A stretch of 60,562 bases of DNA, counting the filler, from Sphacelaria rigidula (Eukaryota), in assembly GCA_964200075.2 (NCBI GenBank). It is 10 parts of 10 records of this genome, joined end to end, with 100 filler letters (N's around TTAATTAATTAA, not from the genome) between each part and the next. Parts side by side here need not be neighbours in the genome. Positions count along the whole stretch, not along the records: positions 30,334 to 36,299 come from CAXNAA020023143.1; positions 36,400 to 42,365 come from CAXNAA020023144.1; positions 42,466 to 48,431 come from CAXNAA020023145.1; 7 more parts are not named here. One strand, 5' to 3'. The position numbers and the translations under genes were made by a program. The notes beneath the pieces were generated by a model. That model had not been told where the DNA came from. It saw only the letters and a list, made by a program, of their open reading frames with translations, and did no database searches. Of this stretch, positions 34,232-46,200 are shown piece after piece. Position 1 is the first letter of the stretch. Every line of letters starts with the position of its first letter.

Positions 34232-37200
34232 TCTTGATAGCTAATTGCGTTCCTTCCGATTTTATTCGTGTTCTTTGAAATCCCCCCTGATTTTTGTTTT
34301 TTCCTTGTCTTGTCGTTGGTGTCGTCTTCTCAAGTACCGTTGTGAGTCGGTTGTCTGCGTTTTCCCTTGGCGCCAATCGTAGTCCCCCTGGTCTCGTCGT
34401 GTGTTTTTGTTTTTAGAATCCCCCCTGCTTCCCCTTGTCCTCTCGTGGTCTCGTTTCCTTGAACACCGTGTAGCCCGGTCGCCCACGTTTCCCTCGGCAG
34501 TACCCAGTAGCCGCTATGTCGGTGTTCTGTAGTGAACCGTTGCCACGTATGCCTGTTACTGTATGAAGCTTTTGTGTTCTCTTTTCCTTGTTTTTTGTTA
34601 GCTTTTGTTTTATTTTCTGTTTTTTGTTTTCCGTTTCTCGTTTTTTGTTTTTGTTTTTCTTGTTTCCCGTTCTTTTTTGTTCTGCCCTATTTCCCCTTCT
34701 TCCTACCTTGCATGGCCACCTGTTTTCCTTGTTTTTGTCTTTGGTTTTTCTTGTTGTTTGTATTCGCAGGCGGCCAACGCACACCGTTGGTATTCTTCAG
34801 CACGCCCCGTATCAACCCTTCCCGGGGCAAATACCCGGTGTGTGCGATTGCCCAACCACGTACGCCATCAACCTCTCCAACGGACTGGTTCTTTCGGCGT
34901 ACCCTGTTCTTCGTTATCCCCCTAATATATTCTTTTTGTGATTTTTTTTATGTTTTTGACAGCTTGATACTGTTGGACTCACATTGGCTGTCGATGACCG
35001 GGTTATGTGTCGCATGTCCAACAAGCCCTCTTCTTGAGTACCGTCGCACATTCTTGTACTCGCTCGCTGTATCAGTTGTCCCATGTTCGGGGATATTACT
35101 TTTCTCTTGGAGTATGTTCAGTTCCGTTGCTCGGCTATATTCCGCCCATACAGTCCGCCACAAATTGTTTTGTTTTTCGCAGTCTCGAGGTTGTACATCC
35201 AGTCCGCCGCTTCGAAAATCAGTACGGTGGTTCGTTTTTGTTGTAGGGTCATTGCTGGCGTATTACCGCGTTGATGTGCTCGGCGGGAGTCTATCCTTCC
35301 GCTTGTATGCACACCCTCTCGATTTTCTTGTCTGAACGGGCATGTATCTAAGAGCGGACCGCATCGGCCCCTCTTTCTGTATACTTGCCGTGGTTCACCA
35401 CGAACGCATCGGATTACCCGCCTTGGATTTATCTCCTACGGTTGTGTGTTATTCGTTGACGCTTTGTGGGATGATACGGGCACCTTTGCAATTCGATGGG
35501 CCGCCCTTCATCGTCACGTTGGTGCCTCATGTTGCCTCACGGCTGCATGTTGATTTTGGTTTCTGGGGGGCTATATTCGCTCAGCGATTTTCTTTCCCGC
35601 TTGAGCATTCAACACCGTTGGGTTCTACTGATGAACGAAGGGTACGATCGTTTGTGCTTCCCCGGTACTGTGAAACGCCTTGGCGGGCTGCTTGAAAAAA
35701 CTCTGACAGCGGAACTGGACGTCTATTGAGATATGATTTCCCCTTCGCATGATAGCAGTCAAGCTTTGTATCAAGGTTTTGCAGCGGATGGACTACCGGC
35801 TTGTTTTTTTCGCTGCTTCAGTCCTTTTTTTATGGCGGATTTGTCCTGGATTCCCGGATATTTCGTAGCTTCCGGCGCTATTTTTTTCGAGGGTTGTCGA
35901 TTCTTCGGTTTTTCACACCCTTCGGATTTTTTTTCAATATATCGTGTCGCCGTCTAAGTCCCCGTCACAACACTCCCCCCTGACCGTGTCTCACATTGTC
36001 TTTTTATTGTGCTATATTGTTTTACATTTTTTTTCTGTGGTGTGGGGGAATGGAATGTGTGGAAAAAGCAAACTCGTTTCACTGCGTTCTCCTGCGATTT
36101 CTTTACCCATTGGAGGCTAGTGTGATATGATGTGACTGCAGGACGTAGCCATGATCTTGGGCAAATGTGACATTGAATGATGGACATTTTCATATTCAAA
36201 TAGCGGAGAATTGGCTGCCCCTTGAATTGACGTCTACGGAGAGCATATATTTGAATTCGAAAAAAGGTAGTGACCCAACCATGGCATGAATTGAGGAGCN
36301 NNNNNNNNNNNNNNNNNNNNNNNNNNNNNNNNNNNNNNNNNNNTTAATTAATTAANNNNNNNNNNNNNNNNNNNNNNNNNNNNNNNNNNNNNNNNNNNNA
36401 TCCGCGAGACCGAAATGAAAGGCACGTACCGGGGGAGAGATGTGTTGATCCCTTGAGACCACGGACTCATCCCGAGGAGGGGGAGAGGTTCAAAGTGTGA
36501 GGAAAAGAAGAAAAAACGTACTCTACAAGTCTGTGTTGGCCAAAAGCGCCCATTCAACATCACGCCTTTCTTGCACGGTTGAGCCACAGCTCGCTCGGCA
36601 GCTCAATATCTGCCAGCGTCAGCCTACTGCAGCCACTTGTGACTGTACAGCAACACATCCATAACATACTCATGATTTTGCATGCCATACTCGAAAGACC
36701 GTTGACCTCACATCCCCATCCCTACAAAGTCGGGGCGGAGCACGCCGGGTTTTCGGCGGACCAGGCTCGTGGAAGGGAGATGGGGGGGGGCGTACTCATT
36801 TGTTGCTTGCCTTAGTCGTTTGACCATTGATGGGAGGGGGGGGGGGGGGGAAGGTTTGGACACCTTGAAAATATTATCTCTATTTCTTTTTTCGGCATGT
36901 GCAGTTTTTGTTTTTTTTTCTTTTTCCGTNNNNNNNNNNGGTGGCGCAGCGGTGGGGGTCTGGGGGTGGGGGGGGGTGTAGTATGGGGGGGGGGGGGGGG
37001 GGGGGGGGGTGGGGGGGGGGCAAGATTTGCACACCTTGAAAATATTATCTCTACTTCGTTTTACGGCATGTGCAGATTGTGTTTTATTCCATTTATCCGT
37101 GCTGTACACCTGGCAACCGTTGATCTGCTCGCTTCATTCGTGTACTACGGTACTGGGCGGTCTAACCACTCATTTTGTGGTATTTTGTGGTATTTTGTGA

Positions 37201-37836
37201 TTTTTTCGTAATTGGCGATTTTCTTGGGCTCTTTACGCTTGCCACCGCTTATCACATTGGGAATCTGAAGGTATTTATATCCGCTCTACATTCCAAGAGA
37301 AGAATCATCTGTACTCAATATTGAGTGGCTTACAGGCTGACCGGTCATCGGGGGTCCTGCCACGTTTCAGCCCAGATTCTTACTGCTCGGTATTTTCTGT
37401 CGATCGAACCTATCACGATCATATTTGTGAAGAAATGTACTTCTTTTTTTCAACTTCTATCCACTCATTGCACCAGAGCCGATAAACTGTGTCTCACTGT
37501 CAATAACACCCTCCTGATGAACGGGGTATTTACTCGTATCGCCCGATAATGCCAACTCACACTGACTTGGGCACTGTGTTTCGAGCATGATATGTTCATT
37601 GTACCAAAATTTACTGACGCTGGCAATTTCGAGTTCTATCGAAAAGTAGTACGTGAGAAAAACCCTGAAACACCCCTGAACAATTAGAGCGCCCAGTACT
37701 ATATATCGGGGCCATCCAACTCCCGACTGCACACAGACTACTTATTGTACATGTTTTGTTCTCTTGTTTATCCGAAGTTGTTATTTTTTGCTTTTTTTTC
37801 TTTCTGTGCTCTCTCACGCTCTCCATCTCCCGGCAG

Positions 37837-38379
37837 TGCGTACTCCAAACGACGTTGCACTTCGTTCTCACGCCGGCTGAGCACTCCGCCGCTGACGCCA
37901 CCCTTCTTTCGCTCCTGGGAGACCCCCGGCGCGAGGTGCAGGAGACCGCTCGCCTCGCCATGTCCACCCGAGTGGCTCACCTCACGCCAGCGCAGACACG
38001 CGCCCTGTGCCAAAGCTTCGCCACCGAGGCGGACCGCCTGGCCGCCAGCCGAACGAAGCGCCGGAAAATCGCCAAGAGACGGGCGACGGCAGCGGCAGCG
38101 GCGGCCGTACCGGCCGGAGTTATTGGGGCTAATGCAGCCGGGGGGGGTGCTGCCGCTATTCCCGCGGTGGCGGGCGGCAAGATGACCGGGTCTTCAAGGG
38201 GAGAGGAAGACGCTGCTGGAGCGCTCCTCCTTGCATCGCAGCAGACGAGCGTTCTTGGGTTGTCGGCGGTCATTCTCGCTGCGCCCTGCGATGTTCCCCC
38301 GTGGGTTCCCGCGGCACTGGAGAGCCTGGCGAAACATGCCAACGACGAATCCCCCGGTCGGTTACCGGTCCGTCACACG
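37837..38379 (+). CDS. PSME4: Proteasome activator PA200/Blm10, penultimate exon
   Basis: LLGDPRREVQETA and SVLGLSAVILAAPCDVPPWVPAALESLAKHAND match the PA200 C-terminal (DUF3437) region; cggcag acceptor and ACG|gtgagt donor; 543 nt. Confidence 0.9.
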
Positions 38380-39679
38380 GTGAGTATTTTTTTTCGACAT
38401 TTTTGGATGGGTGACGGATACGGGGGTGGGTGGGGGGGGGATAGGCTAGGTTCAATGGCGAGATTGATAGGGTGCAACTTATGCGTATTTTTGTGTGTTG
38501 AATCGATGCTACGGTCGTGTCGGCAAATCGTGAGGTTCTCGGCGTTGCGGTGGAAAATTTCGCGCCGTATGTAGGACTGGATATGTAGATGTACGTTCGT
38601 TTTCCTCGGCGGGGCCACTGTTTTTGGTACGAGATGCCCGTTGTGGCTCAGCGAAGTCGGATTGTTTCACGTATGACGTAGATTACCCGAAATAATATCC
38701 CTTCCATCACGGTGATGAGCGTTCCAAGACCGAAGACATTGTCGCCCGGGGCGATATCCGAGCTAGGCTGTAGTATCCCCTCTATCTTCAGTGATCCGGT
38801 CAAGGTGCCGTGCGATCTAGAGCTCTGTCACTCTACCACCGCCATGTAAAACGGGGGGCAGTAACAGCTGTGGTGGCTTGTGTTATATGCTTTCGGGTTT
38901 TATCTTGTGCGTCAGGTAAGCTGACCAAGTACTAGTACCGTACCGCAATGTACGTGTTTGTAATTCTGCTGTGGTGAATGCGGGGGGTGTACTCCATCTT
39001 CAGGGTGATAGTTGCCGCGCTCCGGAAAGTGACGGAGAAAATAACACCGGGTGTGGTTTTTTAGGAGATAAAGGGGGGGGGAACCGTGGGAGGTGTGATA
39101 TTCTGGTTTTCCACGGTACGTTTAGTAGAGCGCGCCCTTGCGCCGGAGTGGACGGAGGTCCCTTGCTTGTCCAGTGCAGAACGAGATGGTTACTCGAGCT
39201 TGGAATTCAACAGTGCAGGAATTACAATTAGGAAATTATCGATAAGTCTTATATCATTGTAGAGTATGGCATGACGATGCAACACGACAAGGCTCTACTA
39301 GCATACGGGGGAATTTGGCGAAACATGATTTCCAAAACTTGATCTTGACAGTAAGTTGTGGTCACAATTATTTTGCAGCGGTGAATGAACATCGACGTGC
39401 ACTGCGATACATTCTTGTGCTTTACATTTGACCCTAGCAAAGAGAGATGTCGTGGAATTGAGAAAGATGAGCACTTACGATGGGGTTTGCCCGAAGGTAC
39501 CGATTCACAAATGATTTTATCGCAGTGGTCGGTCATTGCTGAGCGGGGAAATTCCGCGGGGGAAACCCTAGCTGATATAATCGCGACGACGATCGTCGCG
39601 CCCAAAAATGCCACCATTTTGTACTCATATTTGTATCGCGTTTTTCTTTTTTGCATTTTCTTCTGTTGTCGTTCGCCAG

Positions 39680-39814
39680 GTTTCTCACACATTCAAGGAG
39701 TTCCGCCGCACGCACCAAGATAAGTGGGAAGATAGCCACAAATCCCGCTTCACGCGAGATCAGCTTGACACCTTCGATGAAGTGCTTGGCGGAGCGCACT
39801 CCTACTTCGTTTAG
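39680..39814 (+). CDS. PSME4: Proteasome activator PA200/Blm10, last exon (VSHTFKEFRRTHQDKW...SYFV*)
   Basis: EFRRTHxDxW hallmark and HbYX-like C-terminus; cgccag acceptor in phase. Confidence 0.92.
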   Translation, partial: VSHTFKEFRRTHQDKWEDSHKSRFTRDQLDTFDEVLGGAHSYFV

Positions 39815-41429
39815 TTTTTTTTTTTTCTCCGCTGCTGTGTCGATTTGGTGCGTGTGTGTCATCACGAAGGAGTAAATGCTTCGGAACAAGCATGCGCAGC
39901 AATAGTCGAAGTGTATACTGTACTAAATTCGTTCTGCAACGGTTGTCAGGATATTGAGAAATTGTTTTTCAGACGGCGTGTGTTTGTCGAGATCTCAGAT
40001 TTCCATGTATTCGGGTGATCATGAAGCGGATTTGCGCGGGTGGCAAGGTTTCGGCGGTCCCAAGAGATGAAGGTATCTGGTCTATTGTCACAAGGGTCCA
40101 GACTCTTTGAGGCCACCGCCGCTTACACGAAGCATGATAATATTCGCATAGCGTGTTTCATATACAAAATGCGTTGATGGCTGTAAGCGCCGGGTTTCAC
40201 TCAACTGCTTCATATACCTTGGGCCTTTCCGCGCGGGGGAAGCGCGCCGGGGCGGAGGTGAGAAGGGAGAAGATATTATCGGGCATAGCCATGTTTTTTT
40301 TCTCTTCGGGGAGAGAGGGGGCTTGTTGCCTTGCTTTTATTTGTGGCTGTATCCGTTGCAGGCACTTCGCTGCATTCAACTGAGCATATTTTTGATGCCT
40401 TGTAGACGATCGTGTAGGACTGGGAGAGGATAAAAATCACATGTACACAAGGTCTCCCCGTTTCTTGGGGTGCCCAAAAGGAGCGCGTCCTTTCGCGTAA
40501 ACCGTTGGACTGCAGGGGTAGTCCATCTGGATCGTGTATATATTTTTAAAGTGAAATTGATCCCAATTCAGCAGATGACCTGCTTTCGCCGTGTAAGGGT
40601 GAAGAGGGGGTTGGATCCGTAGGGATTTGCACACTACTGAAGTTAGACCAGTGTGTGTATTTCGCGTAACCGTTTTAGCGAACATGGAATTTTCGCGCAT
40701 TTTCTCACGTTTCGCGTTTCCCCAGCGTTAGGTCTTAGATCTTCATTAATTCATGCGGTGGCTTGATATTGCCAATATGCTCGCTGTATCGTTGTATCTG
40801 TTTATGTCACGAAGGGGTGTGGGTTAGAGTTTGCTCGTTGAGAAGTACACCGCACATAAATGAATTAGTAGCCATTTGTCATGCAAGCGCCCAGCGGAAG
40901 ACCCTTGTGAAACGGGAGTGTTGAAAAAAAAATAGAAGTGCCGACAATCGGCAAGTAAACCGTGGAAAGTTACTCGGCGTTTGCACGGAGAATAGTGCCA
41001 ATGGAGAACAAGCGTTAATTCGTATGAGAGGCAGAGAGGGTCAGTAAAAAAGTAGCAGAGCAAGGAGAGTCGTGCGGTTGACTTCAGCACATTGTTGAAT
41101 CCGGTGTGAGCCTTACTCGTATCTATGGTAAATACGAGTAACCCAATAGACCACTCTTGGAACGACCAAAGTCTCTTGCGGTAGCTAATGCGTGTCCTAT
41201 ATCAGAACGGATCACCAAAATTTCCCAGAATTGTTTTTTTCGTGTGAGGCCCCAAATTTTCGGTTATCGGAATCCAAATTGTATGGCGTGTAGTAGTTAT
41301 CAAAAGCTACCATTAAGCGAAGGGATGCAATCATATTTCGAAGAGTTGGTGTCGATATGAAGGTTTTAATTTTCCGAGTTATCATACTCAATGAAAAGCC
41401 CCATCCTCAATTTTGATCATCGGCTGTTG

Positions 41430-42320
41430 TAAGTATAGGGCATGATGGTTCGACCTTCTCGCTGCATGCAACGCCGGAGGTCTCCAACAGAGGTCTCCCG
41501 AAAGCAGTGCCGCGGCACAAAAAGTAGCGCTACATTCGCATTGTTCCTTGCACAAATACGTCGTCTATATCGCCCGCCCACATCAATCACGTCTTAACTT
41601 TCGTCCGTCATGGACGCGTGTAGCACGTGAGACTTGAACGTTTGGCGTACCTGAACAGGAGTTTGTCAAATTTCGCCCGGTCCGTCGACGCCGGACTACT
41701 TCGTCTTCCAATTCAAGGTACTCACATATGGTGACATGTGCTTCCCGGAACGACGCAAAGCCGTACAGTACTGGCAACGAGCTTGGTCTTGTTCATGCGG
41801 TAATAGCGGCAACCAGCTGCTGTTGATCAATGTTATGGTAGGAGTGCACTTATTCTCGAAATCTTGTCTAGCTCAGGGGCCTTCAACGATTCTAGACGCA
41901 CAAGAATATGGGTCAGGGCATTCCCGTTTGCAAATTCATTCGGAATATCCCCCCAGCACACTGGAGTAGTAATCCTGGTGTATTTTCACATGTTTTCATA
42001 GGTGGTGTTTAGCGTGAGATGAAGGGCGTTTAACAACTTTAACCTCAAAAAATATTTGTGCACCCCTACCGTAGCATCACTATGTTGTTCTTGTAGCGTG
42101 TGGTGTCATTTCTGTACCGCACTATTTCTACTCGCCACAATCTCGAAATGTATGGTGGGCGGCAACAAAACCTATAATAGAGACACATGATGGGATCGCA
42201 GAAAGGAGAAAAAAGCACAAGGGATCATCGTTCGAGCCTCTCGCTCCCACGGTGGAGGTCTCCAACAGAGGTCCCCCGAATGCAGTGGCGCCGCACCAGA
42301 AGTATTGTAGTACTACATTC
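41430..42320 (+). repeat. Pair of ~100-bp diverged direct repeats (about 41430-41540 and 42215-42320)
   Basis: ggaggtctccaacagaggtcYcccgaa...ctacattc in both. Confidence 0.7.
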
Positions 42321-43329
42321 CACTGTAAGGACAAATCATCACGACTCAAAATCACCAAATTCACGNNNNNNNNNNNNNNNNNNNNNNNNNNNNNNNNNNN
42401 NNNNNNNNNTTAATTAATTAANNNNNNNNNNNNNNNNNNNNNNNNNNNNNNNNNNNNNNNNNNNNGTTGCTTGCCTTCGTCGTGTGACCATTGACCACGC
42501 ATCCCTTTCGAGACGGAGCACATTCAATTCCAAGTAATTAGACTCAGAGACGTGGTGAGCTGATAATTACGTTGGTTTATACGTGAAAAAAAAAGGTATA
42601 TTCCTGAAGTTGGAGTAAGGACTTACACTGTTTGCGAGACTTTGGTACGAGTTAACCGCGGGCCAGAACGATCGAACTGGTGTGGTGATCGACATATGAT
42701 CCTGTTTACTAGTTTCAATAGCCCATACTTTACGCAGTACATTTTTTTGTCTTTCGCAACGATTGCCCATATCTTGTCCAGGGGTGTCGAAAATTCAGAC
42801 ACACACTCACCTTCATTGGATAGGCGTGCAAAAACATATTATGAACATTTTCGAATGAAGAACTGATCGCCGTACCTTCGCAGTGTAGAAATAATAATAT
42901 ATTGAATTCGATTACACGAGTGAGTTGCCCCAAGCATGTACATGGGTGCTTCTCAAGGGGATTTCGAGTTTTGTTTGTAAGGATATGCTGGCAGTGCTCG
43001 GTGCCTCTTCCGATAAGAGACACAAAAAAAAATTGAGACAACCGAGGGAATAAATCGAATAAATAACCACCCCTGCACAAACGGCCATACCACGTCGATA
43101 TCACCCCACCCCGTCCGCCTCGGGAAGTTAAGCGGCGTCGGGGCAGGCTAGAAATACGTTGAGGGACCACCGCGGGAAAGCGGGGCGCTGTATCTCTGAC
43201 CACACCCCTGAGGGGTCAATTATAGTGTGACCAACAAGCAAGACGGTGAACACCAGACAATCACGTTTCCCCCTGATGTACATTTTTTTTTACTTTTGCA
43301 TTTGTTTTTGTTTTGTTTTTTGTCTGCAG

Positions 43330-43731
43330 GGACCCGCCTCCGGTGCCTCCGACGAGACAACAACAGCGGACGGGAAAAACGGCGCCGCTACCACATCCTC
43401 CGCCGCTGCTGGCGGTCCTGCAGCGGAAGACGGCGGCGGCGGCAAACAAACCACCGACGGAGCGGAGGGCGCGGCGGCCGGTGCGGCAGCGGGCAGCGGC
43501 GAGAGTGGTGCGGGCGTGGGCGGCCCTAGCATCTACCGGAACGGTGCGAGGGATGCGCCGATGACGGTATTCACGCGGCACAAGGCGATGCAAGACACGT
43601 ACAATCCGTTGCTGTACGGGTGTCGGAGCGTAGACAACTACTCGCGGGTAACGTTCATCGACGAGGGGGCTTACGGCAAGGTGTACTGCGCGCTGAACAA
43701 GTCAACGGGGGAGGTTGTGGCCTTGAAGCAG
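43330..43731 (+). CDS. CDK11: CDK11/CDKG-type cyclin-dependent kinase, exon with Gly/Ala linker and start of the kinase domain
   Basis: YGCRSVDNYSRVTFIDEGAYGKVYCALNKSTGEVVALKQ; ctgcag acceptor and CAG|gtgtgt donor. Confidence 0.88.
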
Positions 43732-44010
43732 GTGTGTGTCTGTGTGTGTGTATGTGGCGTAGTAGGAATAGAATAGGAGTAGCGAACAGTTTTTCGATTG
43801 TTAGAAGCTGGCTGTTGCACGAAATAGCCATGGATCCATAGCTCAAAATGGCTTTCATGTTGTGGCCAAAACTAGAAAATCTGTAGCGGGTGAAAAATCG
43901 CGCACGACTCTGCTATTGTCGTTGACTATCCCCCGCGCCCCCGCTTCCCCCTATAATTTTGTTTTGCTGTTATACTAGTTGTGTCTTTTTTTTTAATGCT
44001 TGAACGCATA

Positions 44011-44721
44011 CTTCCTCTGTCCCGTAAGAAAAGGTACCTAAATTTGTACGGGCCCTTCACGATGCTCGGTTTTTTTTTAATGAACTCTACGGTGTTTTTT
44101 GGGTCAATGAAATGTGTTTAAAATTTGTAGCTCGTGCTTGAACCATGCCGCCGAACGGCTGCAAAAAAAGTAGTCGGCCCAGAAATGGCCGTGTTTTGCC
44201 CCTTTCCGAGGGGGGAAAAAGTGTCGATTTTTTTTTTTTTTATTGCGTGGGACTTCCTGGCAGCAAGCCCCAGGGAAGGCGGGGGCAACTAGAAAAAAAT
44301 TAAGAAAANNNNNNNNNNCTAGTGCTTGAATTATGGTGCAAGGATGTTGAAAAAAAAGTAGTCAGCCCAGAAATGGCCGTGTTTTGCCCCTTTCCGAGGG
44401 GGGAAAAAGTGTCGATTTTTTTTTTTTTATCGCGTGGGACTTCCTGGCAGCAAGCCCCAGGGAAGGCGGGGGCAACTAGAAAAAAATCAAGAAAAAAATC
44501 GACACTTTTTTTCCCCACGGAAAGGGGCAAAAAACGACCATTTTTGGGCGGACTACTTTTTGTGCAGCCGTTCGGCGGCATGGTTCAAGCACGAGCTGCA
44601 AATTTAAAAAAAGATTTTCTTGACCCATAAAACACCGTAGAGTTGATTACAAAAAAACCCGATAGGACATCGTTAAGGGCCCGTACAAATTTAGGTACCT
44701 TTACGTATGAGACAGAGGAAG
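44011..44721. mobile_element. Stowaway-like long-TIR foldback MITE in a CDK11 intron, TA TSD
   Basis: TA|CTTCCTCTGTCCCGTAAGAAAAGGTACCTAAATTTGTACGGGCCCTT ... AAGGGCCCGTACAAATTTAGGTACCTTTACGTATGAGACAGAGGAAG|TA; arms over 200 bp. Confidence 0.85.
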
Positions 44722-44954
44722 TATATATTATATATATATACGTTGTGATGGCAGCTGGCTCCCTGCGGCATTAGTTGATGTGCGACAATTAATACATCAA
44801 TCGAATCAATCAATAACAAACTACGGATTGTTTATATTTTCCTGTAATATTTTTCCCCTTCTCCCTCTCTCCTTCTCTATGCCTTTCCCTTGACCCATCT
44901 CCGTTTTTTTTTTTTTTTCTTGTGTTGTGAAAAACGAAACACACAACAAAACAG

Positions 44955-45089
44955 GTGAAGCTCACGCAGCACAACGGTAAAGAGGGGTTTCCGATCACGG
45001 CACTCCGAGAAACGAACGTCCTGCTGAGCTTGCATCACCCCAACATCGTCCGAGTGCTGGAAATGGTGGTTGGGTCCACCCTCGACAAG
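44955..45089 (+). CDS. CDK11: CDK11 exon ([45 protein letters not shown])
   Basis: Not in the ORF track; aaacag acceptor; [10 protein letters not shown] helix; AAG|gcgcgg GC donor keeps the frame. Confidence 0.9.
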
Positions 45090-45344
45090 GCGCGGTGCAG
45101 TACGGTGCAATAGAATGGTACAGTAGTGGAACGCGTGGGGAAGAAGAACATGAACATCACCCTTGTTTGACGATGGACGGATCGTTTTCTGCGGCGATTT
45201 TTATTCCTGCGTCGTTTTTTAAATTGTGTCATCGTATATCTCCAGTTTTTGCGTGTATTTTTGTTTTTCATGTTTTTCATTTTTCGTTTTTGCTTCTGTT
45301 TCTGTTTTTTGTTTTATTTTCTCTTTTCCATTTGTTTCGTGCAG

Positions 45345-45413
45345 GTGTACATGGTGATGGAGTACTTCGACCACGACCTCAAGTCCGTCATGCGTCTCAT
45401 GAAGGAAGAGAAG
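45345..45413 (+). CDS. CDK11: CDK11 exon (VYMVMEYFDHDLKSVMRLMKEEK)
   Basis: Pyrimidine tract plus gtgcag acceptor; AAG|gtgtgt donor; hinge motif MEYFDHDLK. Confidence 0.92.
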
Positions 45414-45649
45414 GTGTGTTTACGCCACCCCCGCAATCCGACACCCCTCCCCACCCCCTTGGCATCCCATCATCAAAACCTTGATGTGTCGTGTGTGTGC
45501 GCGCGCGCGTGCATATCTTTTCGCCGCACCGATTCACCAGCAGAGTATTGACCAGACACCAAATAATGCGCGAGTTTACGGCTACCGTAGCATGCTGCGT
45601 ATACTGCTCTCGCATGATGCGTATCCTGGGGTTCGCAAAAAATCATCAC

Positions 45650-46200
45650 TCAGAGGGTGGATGGTATTCAACGTGTGTTGGTGTGTGTGGGTGATATTCA
45701 ACCTACCTTGGGGCAGTACTGTAGTCGTTGGCATGGTGCCAAAGTAGCCGGAAGTGTATCACCGGAGTGAGGATGTTTAGGGGAGGGGTGCTATTCAACG
45801 TACCTCCGTACAACCACGTAGGTACCCGTGTGGTGTTCTGTGGCGCTAAAATACCCGAAAACGTCACCGTAGGTTGTCATTTCCGTACGGTGATACATAC
45901 AACGTATCATTTCGCAACTCTGTGCGCGCCAGATGTCGCCGTGGTGCCAAAAAATAGCCGAACGTTTATCATCCAAGGGGTGTCCTACACAATGTACCAG
46001 AATGCAACAAAACCAGAAGCATGAATCGCAGGAGGGAGGGCGTTCTTCAGGGGGTGCTATACAACGTATACCGATACAACAACATTGTAGGCACCCCCGG
46101 TATCGTGCTATGGTGCCAAAATGCGAAGCCGAAGTCATGTTCTACCGGAGGGTGATGCTCAGAGAGGGTGCTATTCAACGTACCAAGGTAGAATACTTAT
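45650..46200 (+). repeat. Degenerate intronic tandem repeat (gggtgctattcaacgtacc and tggtgccaaa units)
   Basis: The first motif recurs near 45690, 45786, 46051 and 46166; the second near 45733, 45942 and 46110. Confidence 0.7.

Noticed and set aside
34532..35335. 267-aa F/C/L-rich ORF as an env-like or membrane protein
   Set aside because: It arises from T-rich low-complexity sequence open in several frames; no motif.
36850..37090. Tandem duplication around an N gap
   Set aside because: Near-identical sequence on both sides of a gap with poly-G; likely an assembly or low-quality read artefact.
44130..44490. Direct duplication inside the foldback MITE
   Set aside because: It straddles an N gap; probably an unmerged overlap.
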